A stretch of 64,000 bases of DNA from Phyllobates terribilis (lineage: Eukaryota): NCBI RefSeq assembly GCF_046119375.1, contig NW_027362771.1, positions 150,040,001-150,104,000 on the forward strand, in the 5' to 3' direction. How positions within the stretch are numbered: position 1 is the stretch's first letter; each line of letters opens with the position of its first letter. Positions 48,701 through 61,905 of this stretch are shown here, one piece after another. A program made the translations under genes and the position numbers. The notes beneath the pieces were generated by a model. The model saw only the letters and a program-made list of their open reading frames with translations. It was not told the origin of the DNA and ran no database searches.

Positions 48701-49571
48701 CAGAGCCAAGAATCATCGATGGCTCATCCCTGGATCAACGCAGGATTGTTTAGATTTGCGGATATAGTGGACAGAAACACCTTAGTAATACATCAGTTTG
48801 ATTATTTAAAAGAAAGTTTTAACATCACTAACCGGGAATTCTATCAGTACATACAGATTCAGTATTTTGCTAGATCCCTGTTTGGCTCATATAAAGTGTC
48901 CATCCCCACGGAGTTTGAGAGGCTGTGCAGGAGAGGTCCCTCTACCAAGGGGTTGATCTCTGATATATATAAAATAATTCACCGGTGGGTGGACCCATCT
49001 TCCAGCACCTTTATATGTCTAAGTGGGAGGGATTCTTGGGAAGTAGGCTTTCCCCTCAGACATGGCAGACAATATGGTCTAAAGCAGCTAAGACATCAAT
49101 CTGTACCCTATACAAGGAGAACCAATATAAAATTTTAATGCATTGGTACCACAAGCTGGATGTCCTGAATAAAATGAACCCGCAGGTCCCGAGTATGCTG
49201 GAGATGTGGATCATCTGTCGGCACTCTGACACGTTTTCTGGTCCTGCAGCAAAATAGTTCCCTTTTGGGAAACAATAAGAAAACTGGTTCAGGAGGTTTT
49301 TACAGAGATTTCTCTGGAGCCCTCTGTTTTCCTTCTCAATGTGACCCCTAGGGGAATGGGTAAACATTCTTCCAAATTGCTCCTCCACTTGTTGACAGCA
49401 GCGAGATGCATGATTGCTCTTTGCTGGAAAAGGGACTCACCACCCTCTAGACAAGAGTACTACGCTAGGGTCTGTGATGTGAGGCGGATGCAAAGTCTTA
49501 ATGCAAAGATGGACCTGTTCGAGACAGTATGGGTCCCATGGGACTACTATTGGGCGCAGCGTAGTGAATGA
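45795..49571 (+). pseudogene. L1 ORF2p (APE endonuclease plus reverse transcriptase), frameshifted
   Basis: LITFNVKGLN...FLQETH; YTFYS...TRIDYF; KSPGLDG; YRPIALLNSDLKI; LDAEKAFD; GTRQGCPLSPLLF; FADD at 47903-14. Frame breaks near 46090, 47890 and 49000-49250. Confidence 0.9.
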
Positions 49572-50501
49572 TCAACTGCTTCTTGATCTTTTGTCTATAT
49601 CGTTCTTCCTTTCCCTTCCTTCTCTCTGTGTTGTCTTTTTTTTTTTTTTCTTTGTGTTTCATGGACTGTTATTTAAAATGGATGTCATATCAGATATTTG
49701 AATTTGAAAGCTTTAAAGTGATCTCTAATGGGCCGGCCTGTTGGAGGCCTAAGTGTTTGCTCTGATATGAAAATGTGAATGACTTTTCTGTGTTCTATGT
49801 TTGCTAAAATATGTGAAAAATTTTAATAAAAATTACAGTTATAAAAAAAAAGTGCGTTGAGCCTCCCACACATCATCTGGCCCCCTCCCAACCTGTTGTC
49901 CCACTAACGGCTGACCCCGGTACCATGTGTTAGAGCTGGAAGTAACGGCCCTGTTCACTTGTGCTGTCTTTCTGTAATCGCAGGCGTGCCTCTCTAGTCA
50001 TTGTCACCTCATGGATCTTCGCCGCTTGACTGTCGGTGGGAGTCTCTTGGGCCTGGGGCAGAAAGGACTGGGATTCAGCTCTTGATGGGTGACTTTGGGT
50101 CTCTGGGACTTGGCTGGCGTAGGGCCCAGATCCTGGTATTGACCGGCTTAGTTGGAACTCTGAGTCTTCTCGGCGGTGACCGGCACCTTTGTGGTGTAGA
50201 CTTCCTGCTGAGGCCTGTCACGCTGGCCTTGGCGCAAACACTGGTTCACGTCTGCTTCGCTCTTCTCCCTGGCGCCAAATCTACCTGTGATTTGGTGTGC
50301 AGGGCTTTTATATTCAGGAACTCTGTCTTGCGAGTCACCTGATTAGGTCCAGCACACAAAGTTCTTCCCCTTGCAATTCTTGCGGAACAAATTGGTTCCA
50401 CCTGATTTTGCCTGGCCAGCAGATGGTAGTCTTTCTCCACTAATGTCACATCCCGCTCTTCAGGGGTATCACTGCTTCCTCTTACACACACGGGGAAAAA
50501 A

Positions 50502-50508
<7 letters not shown>

Positions 50509-50546
<38 letters not shown>
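50509..50546. repeat. (TA)n microsatellite
   Basis: Read directly. Confidence 0.95.
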
Positions 50547-50556
<10 letters not shown>

Positions 50557-51572
50557 CTCACACACTCCAGGATTCAGATATAGTTAAAAGTGTGATGCCG
50601 GGCGGGGGCCGCTATTAGTGATTAGTGTTACATCTTTGGGCATACGTGACGCTACAAATATTACTACAATCTCTGACTAGAGTAAGATTTGTAGGAAGGC
50701 TCACGGATGCACACACCACTTTTAAGATGCCTAATTCATTAAGAAGCATGTGCTCCACCACTCCTCTTCAGACGCATACAACGGCAGTCTAAAGAAAGCC
50801 TCAGTGTGCACACACCCTTATACGTCCAGTTTATGGACACAATATTCCAGAGTCCGTATTGCTGGCCTTCGCATTTCAGATTGTCCTTAGTCATGGCCTT
50901 AAACAACTAAACAAACTCCTCCATAGCTCTATTATGGGTCTCATTTCTTATGCTGCATTGAATACTGTTAGTAGAAAATCTCTTCAATATTGCATAAATC
51001 TCATAATCAGACAACTCATAGTGCATCGGTATTATTAGATGAAAACTCAGAGCACAATACTGTATCTTATATAGCAAGTTAGCAGCAGCCAGAAACCAAA
51101 CTTACATCCAACGTGTAGGCTTCAAATACCTTATATGTGACAAACATTTAGCAATTATGTCACATAAATGGCAAAATGTGGTATTACAATATGAAGTTGT
51201 TTGTCCTTTTTTGCACAGTTAAAGACTTAACTTACAACCTTTTAAAGCTTATTGGAAAGTGTTGTGCAACAAATTACTCAATATCCGCCAGCGCAGAAAG
51301 AAAGACAAGATGATAAACTGACTTAAAAAATTCAAATGATGAATCAAGGCCTAACTGCGTTTCTGTAGTATTTCATGGGATAAATCTGCCCATTGTTCAT
51401 CTTTCTCTATTTCATAGAGTCATAGCAAGTAGTTGCCAGCAGGTGGAGACAAAGTGCTGCATTCTGCTAGTTTTCCATTCATCTTATGGATATTCACTGC
51501 TATCAAATGCTGCATTAGGGAATCCGGAGATAAGAAATTCTGTATGAGACTTTTCCCCAGCAGAGTAGCCAC

Positions 51573-53070
51573 TTTTTTTTTTAATCAGATTCTTTTTATT
51601 AAGCATTTTTCAAATAATTACAACCATAGGCTTGTAATTCCCCATGGTTGTAATGGTTCTCCCCGAATAAATCACATACAAAAACAGAAAAGATGATAAT
51701 GATAACTCCCCTCCATTCTGAAACACAAGTCCTGGAACTGTTTTTATGTAGGAAGATTAAAGAGTATCTTCTCTATAGCATATATTGCCATTGCCATATA
51801 TGCAAATAAGATCAAGAGTAATTCCTCTGATTCAACGTGTAAACAAAAGTTATCTGCCGTCCAGCAAGTTTCCATTTATTACAAGCCTTGAAAGGGAACG
51901 TAAGTTTAGTGTAGAGAGGCGAAAATATTTTCCAGCAGTAGGATTCTCGACGGTAAACCAGGGGTGTTGATCCAATGCATGAGGTGGCCATTAGGTAAAG
52001 CACATCTTGGGCAGTTTCACTCCAATCCAATGTAGAAATTTTGGAGTTCTATATTTTCTGTGAATCAAATATAATTGCGGCAGCCTTTGAGCCTCGGAAA
52101 GGAAAAGAAGAGGCGTTAAGCCTAATATGGAGTCCCACTGATCCTCCTGTATCACTCCCACATCGGCTTCCTGTTATAATAATAATAATAATTTTTATAG
52201 CGCCAACATATTCCGCAAAACTTTACAATTTTAGGGGGGACTTCCCGTTGAGTTATAATCGGAAGAGGGAACTTATTTAGGTATGCAGTTAGCAGAAGTT
52301 TACATAGGTTAGAAATGAGGCCTGGCGTTGTTCCTTCCCCCGACACCCATTCAACCATAGGGTTATGCCATATGGCGAGGCCTGTCGTCTTAAGCTGAGC
52401 TGTGTAGGCATGTCTGAGCTGCAGAGATCTAAGGAACTGGTGATGAGGTATGTTAAACTCACTTTGCAACTGCTCAAATTCTTCAAAATATTCCTGGATT
52501 GGATTTGGGTCAGATTAAGAATACCGCTCTCTTCCCACTCAGAGCAACTCTCCAGCTTCATGAACTCCGGCAACAGGGGATTGGGCCAGAGTGGCGTGAC
52601 TACTGTGCAACCATTACCATTCAGCAAGTTCTTCCCTCTGTCCCACACTTTATATATCATCGACAATGTTGGTAAATGTCATTTTCCAGGTTTCACCCTG
52701 CCTCTACAAATTAAATAGGTATATGTCAAGGAGTTATCTGTTTGACTAACTGTCCACTTTTCACTTGGTCATTTCCCTGATCCCATCCTTTCATCTGTTG
52801 GATTTGGGCAGCTAGAGAATAGATCCAAGCATTGAGAAAAGCTAGCCCCCCCCCCATCTGTTTGTCCCTTTGAAGATGCTCCAACTTTATTCTGGCTTGT
52901 TGCTTTTTCCACAGTAATAATGATCTAAATAACCTGTGGACTTTTTTTTTAAATAACATGTCAGTATCCAGACAGGGGAATTGTGCAATATATGTAACAA
53001 TTGGGGAATTAATACCAATTTTACCAGGTTGCCCCTTCCCACAATTGAGATGGGTAGACGACACCACGTA
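51573..53070 (-). mobile_element. 5'-truncated, decayed L1 (ORF2 C-terminal part and 3' UTR)
   Basis: T run at 51573-82 followed by TTTTTATT (A tail and AATAAA on the minus strand). Minus-strand peptides LFRSLLLWKKQQARIKLEHLQRDKQMGGGLAF and PLWPNPLLPEF...GILNL are typical of L1 ORF2. Confidence 0.75.
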
Positions 53071-53272
53071 TTTATTTTATTTATAAACCTGTCTAGAAGT
53101 GGGGTCAGATGAAGGGTTATGTTACATATTGGAACAACACAAAAAACAGCAAAAAAGACAATTTGGACATAATTTCACACGAAATTAGGCCGGACAAAGT
53201 TGTTGGCACCCTTAATTTAATATTTGGTTGTACACCCTTTAGAATAAATAACTGATCGCTTCCTATAACTAT

Positions 53273-53746
53273 TGTAGCATGGCCACTGGACATGTCCTTG
53301 ATATGTATCGCTGAGGTTGGTAGCTTCAGTGATGTACCGGGAAAGCATGCTCCAGTACACATAGTGCTGAGAGGGTTATTAGGGCATATCAGGGACGATT
53401 TTTACGAGCAGTCATAAGAGACTCGTGGGATTGGCTGCTCACATATCCCTACCCCAGGGTGTGTTCATAAAATGGAGACCGAGTGTCTCATTTGGTGTCT
53501 GTGGCTGGAGGTGTAGAGACCTCCAGCATATCTGTGCTAAAAGACTCTGACTGTGAACGGGCGTACCTGCAGTACTATATGGACTGTTTAGTTTGCTGTT
53601 TTGTTACTTTGTGCCGGAGAAGGCTGTGTTTTTGTTTTCTTTGAAAGTGCGGTTTATGAAGCCTGAATAAACCTGCCTTCGACTTTTTAATGAGACAGTG
53701 GCCTGTGCCTACCTGTAACGCGGCTGAGTGAGGACAAAACCGTACA
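53273..53746 (+). repeat. 5' LTR of the Gmr1-like element
   Basis: TGTAGCATGGCC...AAAACCGTACA; direct repeat of 57869-58346. Confidence 0.9.
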
Positions 53747-53842
53747 ATTGGTGCTAGAAGCAGGGGCACGAATCCCAAGGGGCAGTGTGACTGCTACAGT
53801 AAACCGTTTATGTCCTGGGTGAAGGCCGGGATGCCGGACAAA

Positions 53843-56800
53843 ATGGAGGACCTGCTTAAATATCTGTTGCAGGCGCAGCAAACGCAGCACCAGCAGAAGC
53901 AAGTGCAACACCAGCAGATTCTACAGCAACAGCAGGCGCAGCATGTGATGACTCTCACGTGAGGAAGACGGTAAGAAGAGCATTACAAAAGATGACCCCG
54001 GGTGATGACGTCGAGGCGTTCCTGACGGTCTTTGAGAGGGTGGCAGAGCTGGAGAGATTGCCTCCGGAGCAGTGGGCGGAGGTTTTGGCACCATATTTGA
54101 CAGGCGAGCCGCAGAAAGCCTATTATGACTTGCTCTTGAAGGACGCAAAAGAGTACGCCAAATTAAAAGTGGAGATCTTAGCGTGTTTGGGAGTGACTCT
54201 GACTGTCAGGGCGCAGCGGGTGCACCACTGGGCCTATTGCAATGACAAACCTCCCCGGTCCCAAATGTTTGACCTCCTACACTTGGTCCAAAAGTGGTTG
54301 CAACCTGAATCTTCCTCCCCAGCACAGATCGTGGAGAGGGTCGTCATAGACAGGTTCATACACTCCCTTCCGAGGTCTGTGCAATCCTGGGTTGCCCAGG
54401 GAGATCCCCGTAATGCCGATAACTTGGTGGGGTTGGTGGAAAGGTAAGAGGCGGTTGAGAGTTCCTTGGGGAAACAAGGGGTTGTAGCCTCTCCATACTG
54501 GGGATCCCAAAAGGGGGCGGACACCCAAAAGAGGGGAGCTAGAGCCACACCTGGAGGGCGTCCTAGAGCTCAGGAGGGGTCTGAGTTGCTGCCAAAGGTC
54601 CCACCCCATAGCATTGTATGTTGGAGATGTCACACTCCAGGTCACATAGCCACTCGTTGCCCCATGACCATCAAACCAATGGACTGCAGCGCAGGACGGC
54701 GCTGTTCTTACTTTGCATATCCAGCCTGCATTGCTGTTCCTCAACCAGGAGAGGGACTTCAGGCATGCCTCGTATCAGCAAATGGAGTGCAAGTGACTGC
54801 TCTGTTAGACTCGGAAAGTTTGGTAATCCTAGTGAGGGACACAGTTCCTCATCGGCTGTTTCCGGGAAAAAGGGTCGGCATCCGTTGTATCCATGGTGAC
54901 GCTAAGGACTACCCTGTGGCCCGAGTGGTCATAGACACAAACTGTGGCGCCGAGTCCCATGAGGTGGGCGTAGTCAAGGACCTGTTGCACCCTGTTATAA
55001 TAGGTCGGGACTTTGCCTTGTTTTGGGACTTGTGGGAGAAAGGGAGGAAGCCAGGTTGTCCGGACAACAACCAGGTCTCTCCTGAAGAAACCTCATCACA
55101 GGCCGCCTCTGACAGGTTTCCTTTTTGTGTGCTTGTTGGGGATGAGATTGAGGCAGCATCCCCGGAAGTCAACATCCCTGAGCTGGAGGTGTCCGGGGGA
55201 AACTTTGGAACCGCCCAGCTCAGAGACTTGACTCTAAAAGGGGCGTTTGATAATGTCACTGTCTTGAATGGTTTTGCTCAAGAGCAGGGGGCTGACACCC
55301 GATATCGGCACTTTGCCTTAAATGGGGAGTTACTATATCGGGTCACCAAGCTCAGAGGGGAGGTAATTGAGCAGTTACTGGTGCTAGGGCCATACAGATG
55401 CAGGGTGTTAGATATGACCCATACACATGTGTTGTGTGGTCATCTGGGGGTAGAGAAAACCCAGGAAAGGATTCTCCAGAGGTTCTATTGGCCCAGGTTG
55501 GCACCGACAAATTGTACATTTTGGTAGGTCATGTCCCACCTGCCAGCTGACCTCTCCGATGGCCCACTTCCGTAGCCCCTTAGTTCCATTGCCAATCATT
55601 GAGTTGCCATTTGATCTCATAGCCATAGATCTAGTGGGACCCCTGATCAAGTCCGCCAGAGGACATCAGCATATCCTGGTGGTACTGGACTATGCTACGC
55701 GGTATCCGGAGGCTGTGCCACTACGTAACTCCTCTGCCAAATGTAAAGCCTGAGAGTTGGTCCATATCTTCTCTAGAACGGGGTTACCTAAGGAGATCCT
55801 AACGCACCAAGGGACCCCATTTAGGTCCCGGGTGATGAGGGAGTTGTGCAAAACCCTGCAAATAACACAACTCAGGACCTCAGTCTACCACCCCCAGACA
55901 GATGGCTTAGTGGAGAGGTTTAATAAAACCTTGAAGGCCATGTTAAAGAAGGTCGTGAAGAAAGATGGCCGGGACTGGGACTGTCTACTGCCGTACCTTC
56001 TGTTCTCCAATAGAGAAGTCCCACAGGACTCTACTAGGTTCTCCCCGCTTGAGTTGTTATATGGCCGACACCCCCACGGACTCCTGGATGTAGCAAAGGA
56101 GACTTGGGAGGCGAAGTCTACACCCTACAGGAGTGTAATCGAATATGTGGCCCAAATGCAAGAGAGAATTGCAGAGGTGATGTCCATTGTGAAAGAACAC
56201 CTCCTCAAAGCACAACAAGTACAGTCGAGGGTGTACAATAGATCAGCGAGGGTGAGGGTACTAGTGCTGGTACCTACGGTGGAGCGCAAGTTCCTGGCCA
56301 AGTGGCAGGGCCCCAATGAAGTGGTTGAAAAGCTTTGCGACGTCAACTATAGGGTCCACCAACCTGGGAGAAGGAAGCCTTACCAGGTGTACCACGTCAA
56401 CCTCATTAAGCCGTGGCGAGACAGGGAGCCTGTGGAAGCACCATGTTTGATGGCGAAAACTGAAACCGACGTGGAAGAAGTCAAGGAGGCAGAGTCGCTG
56501 TCACGTGCCCAGAAGCAACAATGCCGAGAGTTGCTGCAGCACCACAGGGACCTGTTCTTGGGCTGTACTCAGGTCATAGCGCATGAGGTTCTTACAGAGC
56601 CTCATGTCCGAGTGAATATGAAGCCATATCGGATTCTGAATCCCGCCGAGAGGTAACCTCGAAGGAGGTGAAGCGCTTGCTGAATCTGGGGGTCACTGAA
56701 GAGTCCAAGAGTGGCTAGTCCAGTCCCATAGTCTTAGTGCAGAAACCCGATGGAGAATGGCAGTTCTGCAATGACTATACGAAACTGAATGAGGTCTCTA

Positions 56801-57860
56801 AGTTTGATTCGTACCCAATGCCCATGGTAGATGAACTAATTGAGAGACTAAGGCCGGCCAGGTACATTACCACCCTTGACCTCACAAAAGGGTATTGGCA
56901 GATCCCTATGTCCCAAGAAGCCAAGGAGAAGACGGCCTTTTCAACGCTAGATGGGTGTTTCCAGTACACTGGAAGCCATTTGGGTTGCAAGGAGCTCCAG
57001 CTACCTTCCGGATCCTAGCTCCCCACAAGAAATGATCTACAGCCAGGATTGGGGTAGCAATCTGAGCAAAGTCCAGGCGATATTCGATGCTCTACGGAAG
57101 GCAGAGTTTTCCATCAACCCGAAGAAATGTGCCATGGGCATGGAGGAGGCCGGATATTTGGGCTATGTCGTAGGTAGAGGTGTGATGAAGCCCAAAATAA
57201 ATAAAATTGACGCGATCCGGGGTTGGCCACAACCTCTCACAAAAAGCAGGTCAGAGCATTCCTGGGCATCGTGGGCTACTACCGCCCGTTCATCCCTAAC
57301 TTCGCCATGACAGTCGCCCCTTTGACAGACCTCCTTAAGGGGACAAAATCGGCTATGGCTAAGTGGTCTCCAGAAACTGAGACGGCCTTCCTGGAACTCA
57401 AGCAAGCCCTGTGTAAACAGCCGGTGTTGGTGGTACCACATTTCTCAAAGGAGTTTGTGGTCCAGACGGACACGTCAGATGTCGGGCTGGGTGCGGTCCT
57501 TTCACAAGAGATGAACGGCGAAGAGCACCCCATAATGTATTTAAGCCGGAAGCTGACGTCTTGTGAGAGAAATTACTCCATAGTGGAGAAGGAATGTTTG
57601 GCCATCAAGTGGGCGCTAGACACCCTAAGATACTAACTCTTAGGCAGGATGTTCAGGCTGGTGTCGGACCATGCCCCACTAAGGTGGATGAGCGAGAAGA
57701 AGGGGAACAATGCTCGAGTAAACAGGTGGTTCCTAGCTCTTCAGGAGTTCAGCTTCCAGGTAGAGCATAAGCCTAGGAAGCTGCATGGCAATGCTGACGC
57801 ATTGTCAAAGGTCCACTGTATGTTAGCGGAAGGTGCCAAGTCCCCCGGCTTTAGGCAAAG
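53843..57860 (+). pseudogene. Gmr1-like gag-pol, multiply disrupted
   Basis: DDVEAFL..FERVA..W...LAPYLTGE..KAY; SCAN-like WLQPE...IVERVVIDRFIHSLP; CWRCHTPGHIATRC knuckle; LLDSE protease; H..GHLG..RFYWP and IAIDLVGP..LTHQG..VERFN integrase; KFDSYPMP..LDLTKGYWQ RT; VQTDTSDVGLGAVL RNase H. Confidence 0.88.
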
Positions 57861-57868
57861 AGGGGGTA

Positions 57869-58346
57869 TGTAACATGGCCGCCGGACACATCCTTGAGGG
57901 GAGATATGTATCGCTGAGGTTGGTAGCTTCAGTGATGTAAAACCGGGAAAGCATGCTCCAGCACACATAGTGCTGAGAGTGTTAATAGGGCGTATCAGGG
58001 CCGTTTTTTATGAGCAGTCATAAGAGACAGGTGGGATTGGCTGCTCACATATCCTTACCCCAGGGTGTGTGTATAAAATGGAGAGTCTCATTCGGTGTCT
58101 GTGGCTGGAGGTGTGGAGACCTCCAGCGTGTCTGTGCTAAAAGACACTAACTGTGAGCCGGTGAACCCGCAGTACTATATGGACTGTTTATTTTGCTGTT
58201 TTGTTACTTTGTGCCGGTGAAGGCTGTGTTTTTGTTTTCTTTGAAAGTGAAGTTTATGAAGCCTGAATAAACCTGCCACAGACTTTTTAAAGAGACAGTG
58301 TCCTGTGCCTACCTCAAATGCGGCTGAGTGAGGATAAAACCCTACA
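57869..58346 (+). repeat. 3' LTR of the Gmr1-like element
   Basis: TGTAACATGGCC...AAAACCCTACA, immediately after the PPT. Confidence 0.9.
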
Positions 58347-58454
58347 CGATCAACAAGCTTCTTACACCTCTCAACTGGTATTTTGGACCACTCTTCTTTT
58401 GCACACTGCTCTAGGTCTCTCATATTTGAAGGGTGCCTTCTCCAAACAATTTTA

Positions 58455-58793
<339 letters not shown>

Positions 58794-60391
58794 TCAATAA
58801 ACAGTAGAATGATATGTTTTACCAGAAAGCTCTATCTTGGTCTCCTCTGTCCACAAGATGCTTTCCCAGGAGGATTTTGGCTTACTCACGTACATTTTGG
58901 CAAGCTGCAGTCTAGCTTTTTTATGTCTCTGTGTCAACAGTGGGGTCCTCCTGGGTCTCCTGTCATAGCGTTTAATTTCAATCAAATGTCGACGGATCGT
59001 TCACGCTGACACTGATGCACCGTGAGCCTGCAGGACAGCTTGAGTTTCTTTGGAAGTTTATTGGGGCTGCCTATCTACCATCTGGACTATCCTGCATTGC
59101 AACCTTTCATCAATTTTTCTCTGCCGTCCACATCCAGAGAGATTAGCTACAGTGCCATGAGTTGTAAACTTCTTGATTATGTTGCGCACCGTGGACTAAG
59201 TAACAAAGATATCTGGAGATGGACTTGTAACCTTGAGATTGTTGATACTGTTCAACAATTTTGATTCTCAAGTCCTCAGACAGTTCTCTTGTCCTCTTTC
59301 TGTTCTCCATACTTAGTGTGACACACAGACACACAATGCAAAGATTGAGTCAACTTCACCCCTTTTTATATGATTTCAGGAGTGATTTTCATGTTGCACA
59401 TACCTGTTACTTGCCACAGGTGAGTTTGAACGAGCATCACATGCTTGAAACAAAGTTGTTTACCCACAATTTTGGAAAGGTGCCAACAATTTTGTCTAGC
59501 CTATTTTTGGGGTCTCGTGTTAAATTATGTCAAATTTGCCTTTTTTTTCTCAGTTTTGTTGTGTTGTTCCAATACATACAAAGGAAATAAACGTGTATAT
59601 TAAAAAGTGTAATTGCAATAATTTTCTGGGAGAATTACTTCATTTTCTGGAACAATTTCAAGGTTGCCAACACTTTCGGCCATGACTGTATATTACATAG
59701 TTGCCTCTCATTATGTATATTGCTGGCCCTTATTACACAGTGCCCTCTCTGGTTGTGGACAGCATCATCCCTTACATGTCAGATTCTCTTGTTATTTATA
59801 GAATACCGTCCTCTCTTGTTAGATATATAATGAAATGACTGCTGATGAAACATGGGAAGCTTCTTTTCTGATTGAGAAGGCTGATGGACTGGTGTTCTGG
59901 TCAGATGCTGCCTCATCAGCAGTCATTTTATATCTAACAAGAGAGGACTTTATGGAATAAAGAGAGTGCACTATCAATAACAAAAAATACGTTATGTAAG
60001 TGACGGTGCTATACATAACAAGGGATTAACTATGTAATAATGGGACTGCGCTTTACATAGCAGAAGACATGTATAATAAAGAACTACCCCATACATAACT
60101 AGAGAGGATGCTGTGTAATAAGCTATGGCGCTTTATATAAATAGAGAGGATGGTACGAAATAAGAGACAGTGTTATATATAATAAAGGAGGAAACTATAT
60201 AATTAAGAACAATGCTATGTATAACAAGAACGTACACTATATACTAAGGGACAGTGCTGTATATAATAAGAACGTAGATTATAAACTAAGGGATATGTGC
60301 CATACATAATAAGGCTATGTTCTTGTATCCGTGTGATGTGTCAGTATGCTGCCTGACTTCTTTCTCAGACAGCACACAGATTCTTGGAGTA

Positions 60392-61905
60392 CAGTGATTT
60401 GTAAAAGTATTCACCCCCCTTGGTATTTTTCGTGTTTTGCTTCCTCACAACCTGGAATATCACTTTTTTTTTTGAGGGTTTCAGTTCATGTAAAGAACAT
60501 GCCTACAACTGTGAACATTTAGTTTTCTTATTAGTGTGAAGCAAACAACAAATAGGACAAAATAGCTGAAAACTTCAATGTTCATAACTATTCACCCCCT
60601 TAAAGTCAGTACTTTGTAGTGCCTCCTTTTGCTGCAATTACATCGGCAAGTTACTTTGGATAAGTCTCTAAGAGCTTTCCACATCTTGTCACTGGGATTT
60701 ATGACCATTCCTCAAGGTAAAACTGCTCTAGCTCCTTCAAGTTAGATGGTTTCCTCTGGTGAACAGCAATCTTCAAGTCTGACCACAGATTCTCAATTGG
60801 ATTAAGGTCTGGGCTTTGACTAGGCCACTCCAAAACATTTACACATTTCCCCTTAAACCACTCGAGTGTTGCTTTAGCAGTATGCTTTGGGTCATTGTCT
60901 TGTTGAAAGGTGAACCTCCGTCCCAGTCTCAAATCACTGACACTGAAACAGGTTTTCTCAAGAATATCCCTGTATTTTGCACCATCCATCTTCCCCTCGA
61001 CTTGGACCATTTTCCCAGTCCCTACTTCCGAAAAACATCCCCACAGCATGATGCTGCCACCACTATGTTTCACTGTGGAAATGTTTTTCTCAGGGTGATG
61101 AACTGTATTGGTTCTGCCCCAGACACAGCGTTTACCTTGGTGACCAAAAAGTATAACTTTGGTCTCATCTGACCATAGCACCTTCCCCCATACATTTGGC
61201 GAGTCTCCCATATGTCTTTTGGCAAACTCAAAACGAGCCTTACAATTTTTGTAAGTAAATGCTTTTTCTTCTCACTCTTCCATAAAGGCCATCTCTATGG
61301 AGTGAACGGCTTATTGTGGTCATATGGACAGATACTCCAGTCTTTGCTTGGGAACTCTGCAGCCCCTTCAGGGTCACCTTTGGTGCTGCCTCCCTGATTA
61401 ATGCCCTCCTTGCCCGGGCTGAGAGCTTTGGTGGGTGGCCCTCTCTTTTCCAGGTTTGTTGTACCATGTTCTTTTTCATTTGATAATGGATTTGATGGTG
61501 CTCTGGGGGATCATTAGAGATTGGGATATTTTTTTTTATAGCCCAACCCACTTGTACTTCTCAACAACTTTGTTCCTGACTTGTTTGGAGATCTCCTTGG
61601 TCTTCATGGTGTTTGGTTAGTGGTGCCTCTTGCTTAATGGTGTTGCAGCCTCTGTGGCCTTTCAGAAAAGATGTGTATATACCGACCGACCATGTGACAC
61701 ATAGATTTCACACAGGTGGACTTCCTTTCACTAATCATGTGACTTCTGAAGGTAATTGCTTGCACCAAAAATTTTTATTTTAGGTGCTTCATGGCAAAAT
61801 GGGTAAACACATATGCACATGCCAATTTTTAGTTATTTGATCCAATAAATTTAATTTATGCCTATATTTTACTCACTTCATTAACTTAGATTATTTAGTG
61901 CTGAT
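60392..61905 (-). mobile_element. Tc1-like transposon with a disrupted transposase; one end lost
   Basis: TA|CAGTGATTTGTAAAAGTATTCACCCC TIR; VLWSDETKV...GGSIMLWGCFS...QQDNDPKHTAK...SPDLNPIENLW (61211-60699); HPPKLSARARRALIREA (61551-61240). Confidence 0.9.

Larger units (their letters stand above)
43648..49847 (+). mobile_element. Full-length L1 (LINE-1 clade) retrotransposon, about 6.2 kb, inactive
   Basis: 12-bp TSD AAAAGTGCGTTG at 43636-47 and 49848-59, at a TT|AAAA site; AATAAA at 49825-30 and short A tail; ORF1, spacer and ORF2 in order. Confidence 0.93.
53273..58346 (+). mobile_element. Gmr1-like Ty3/Gypsy LTR retrotransposon (gag-SCAN, PR, IN, RT, RH), inactive
   Basis: TG...CA LTRs at 53273-53746 and 57869-58346; PBS-like TGGTGCTAGAAG at 53749; PPT AGGCAAAGAGGGGG at 57853-66; 4-bp TSD CTAT/CGAT; integrase precedes RT. 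Confidence 0.93.
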
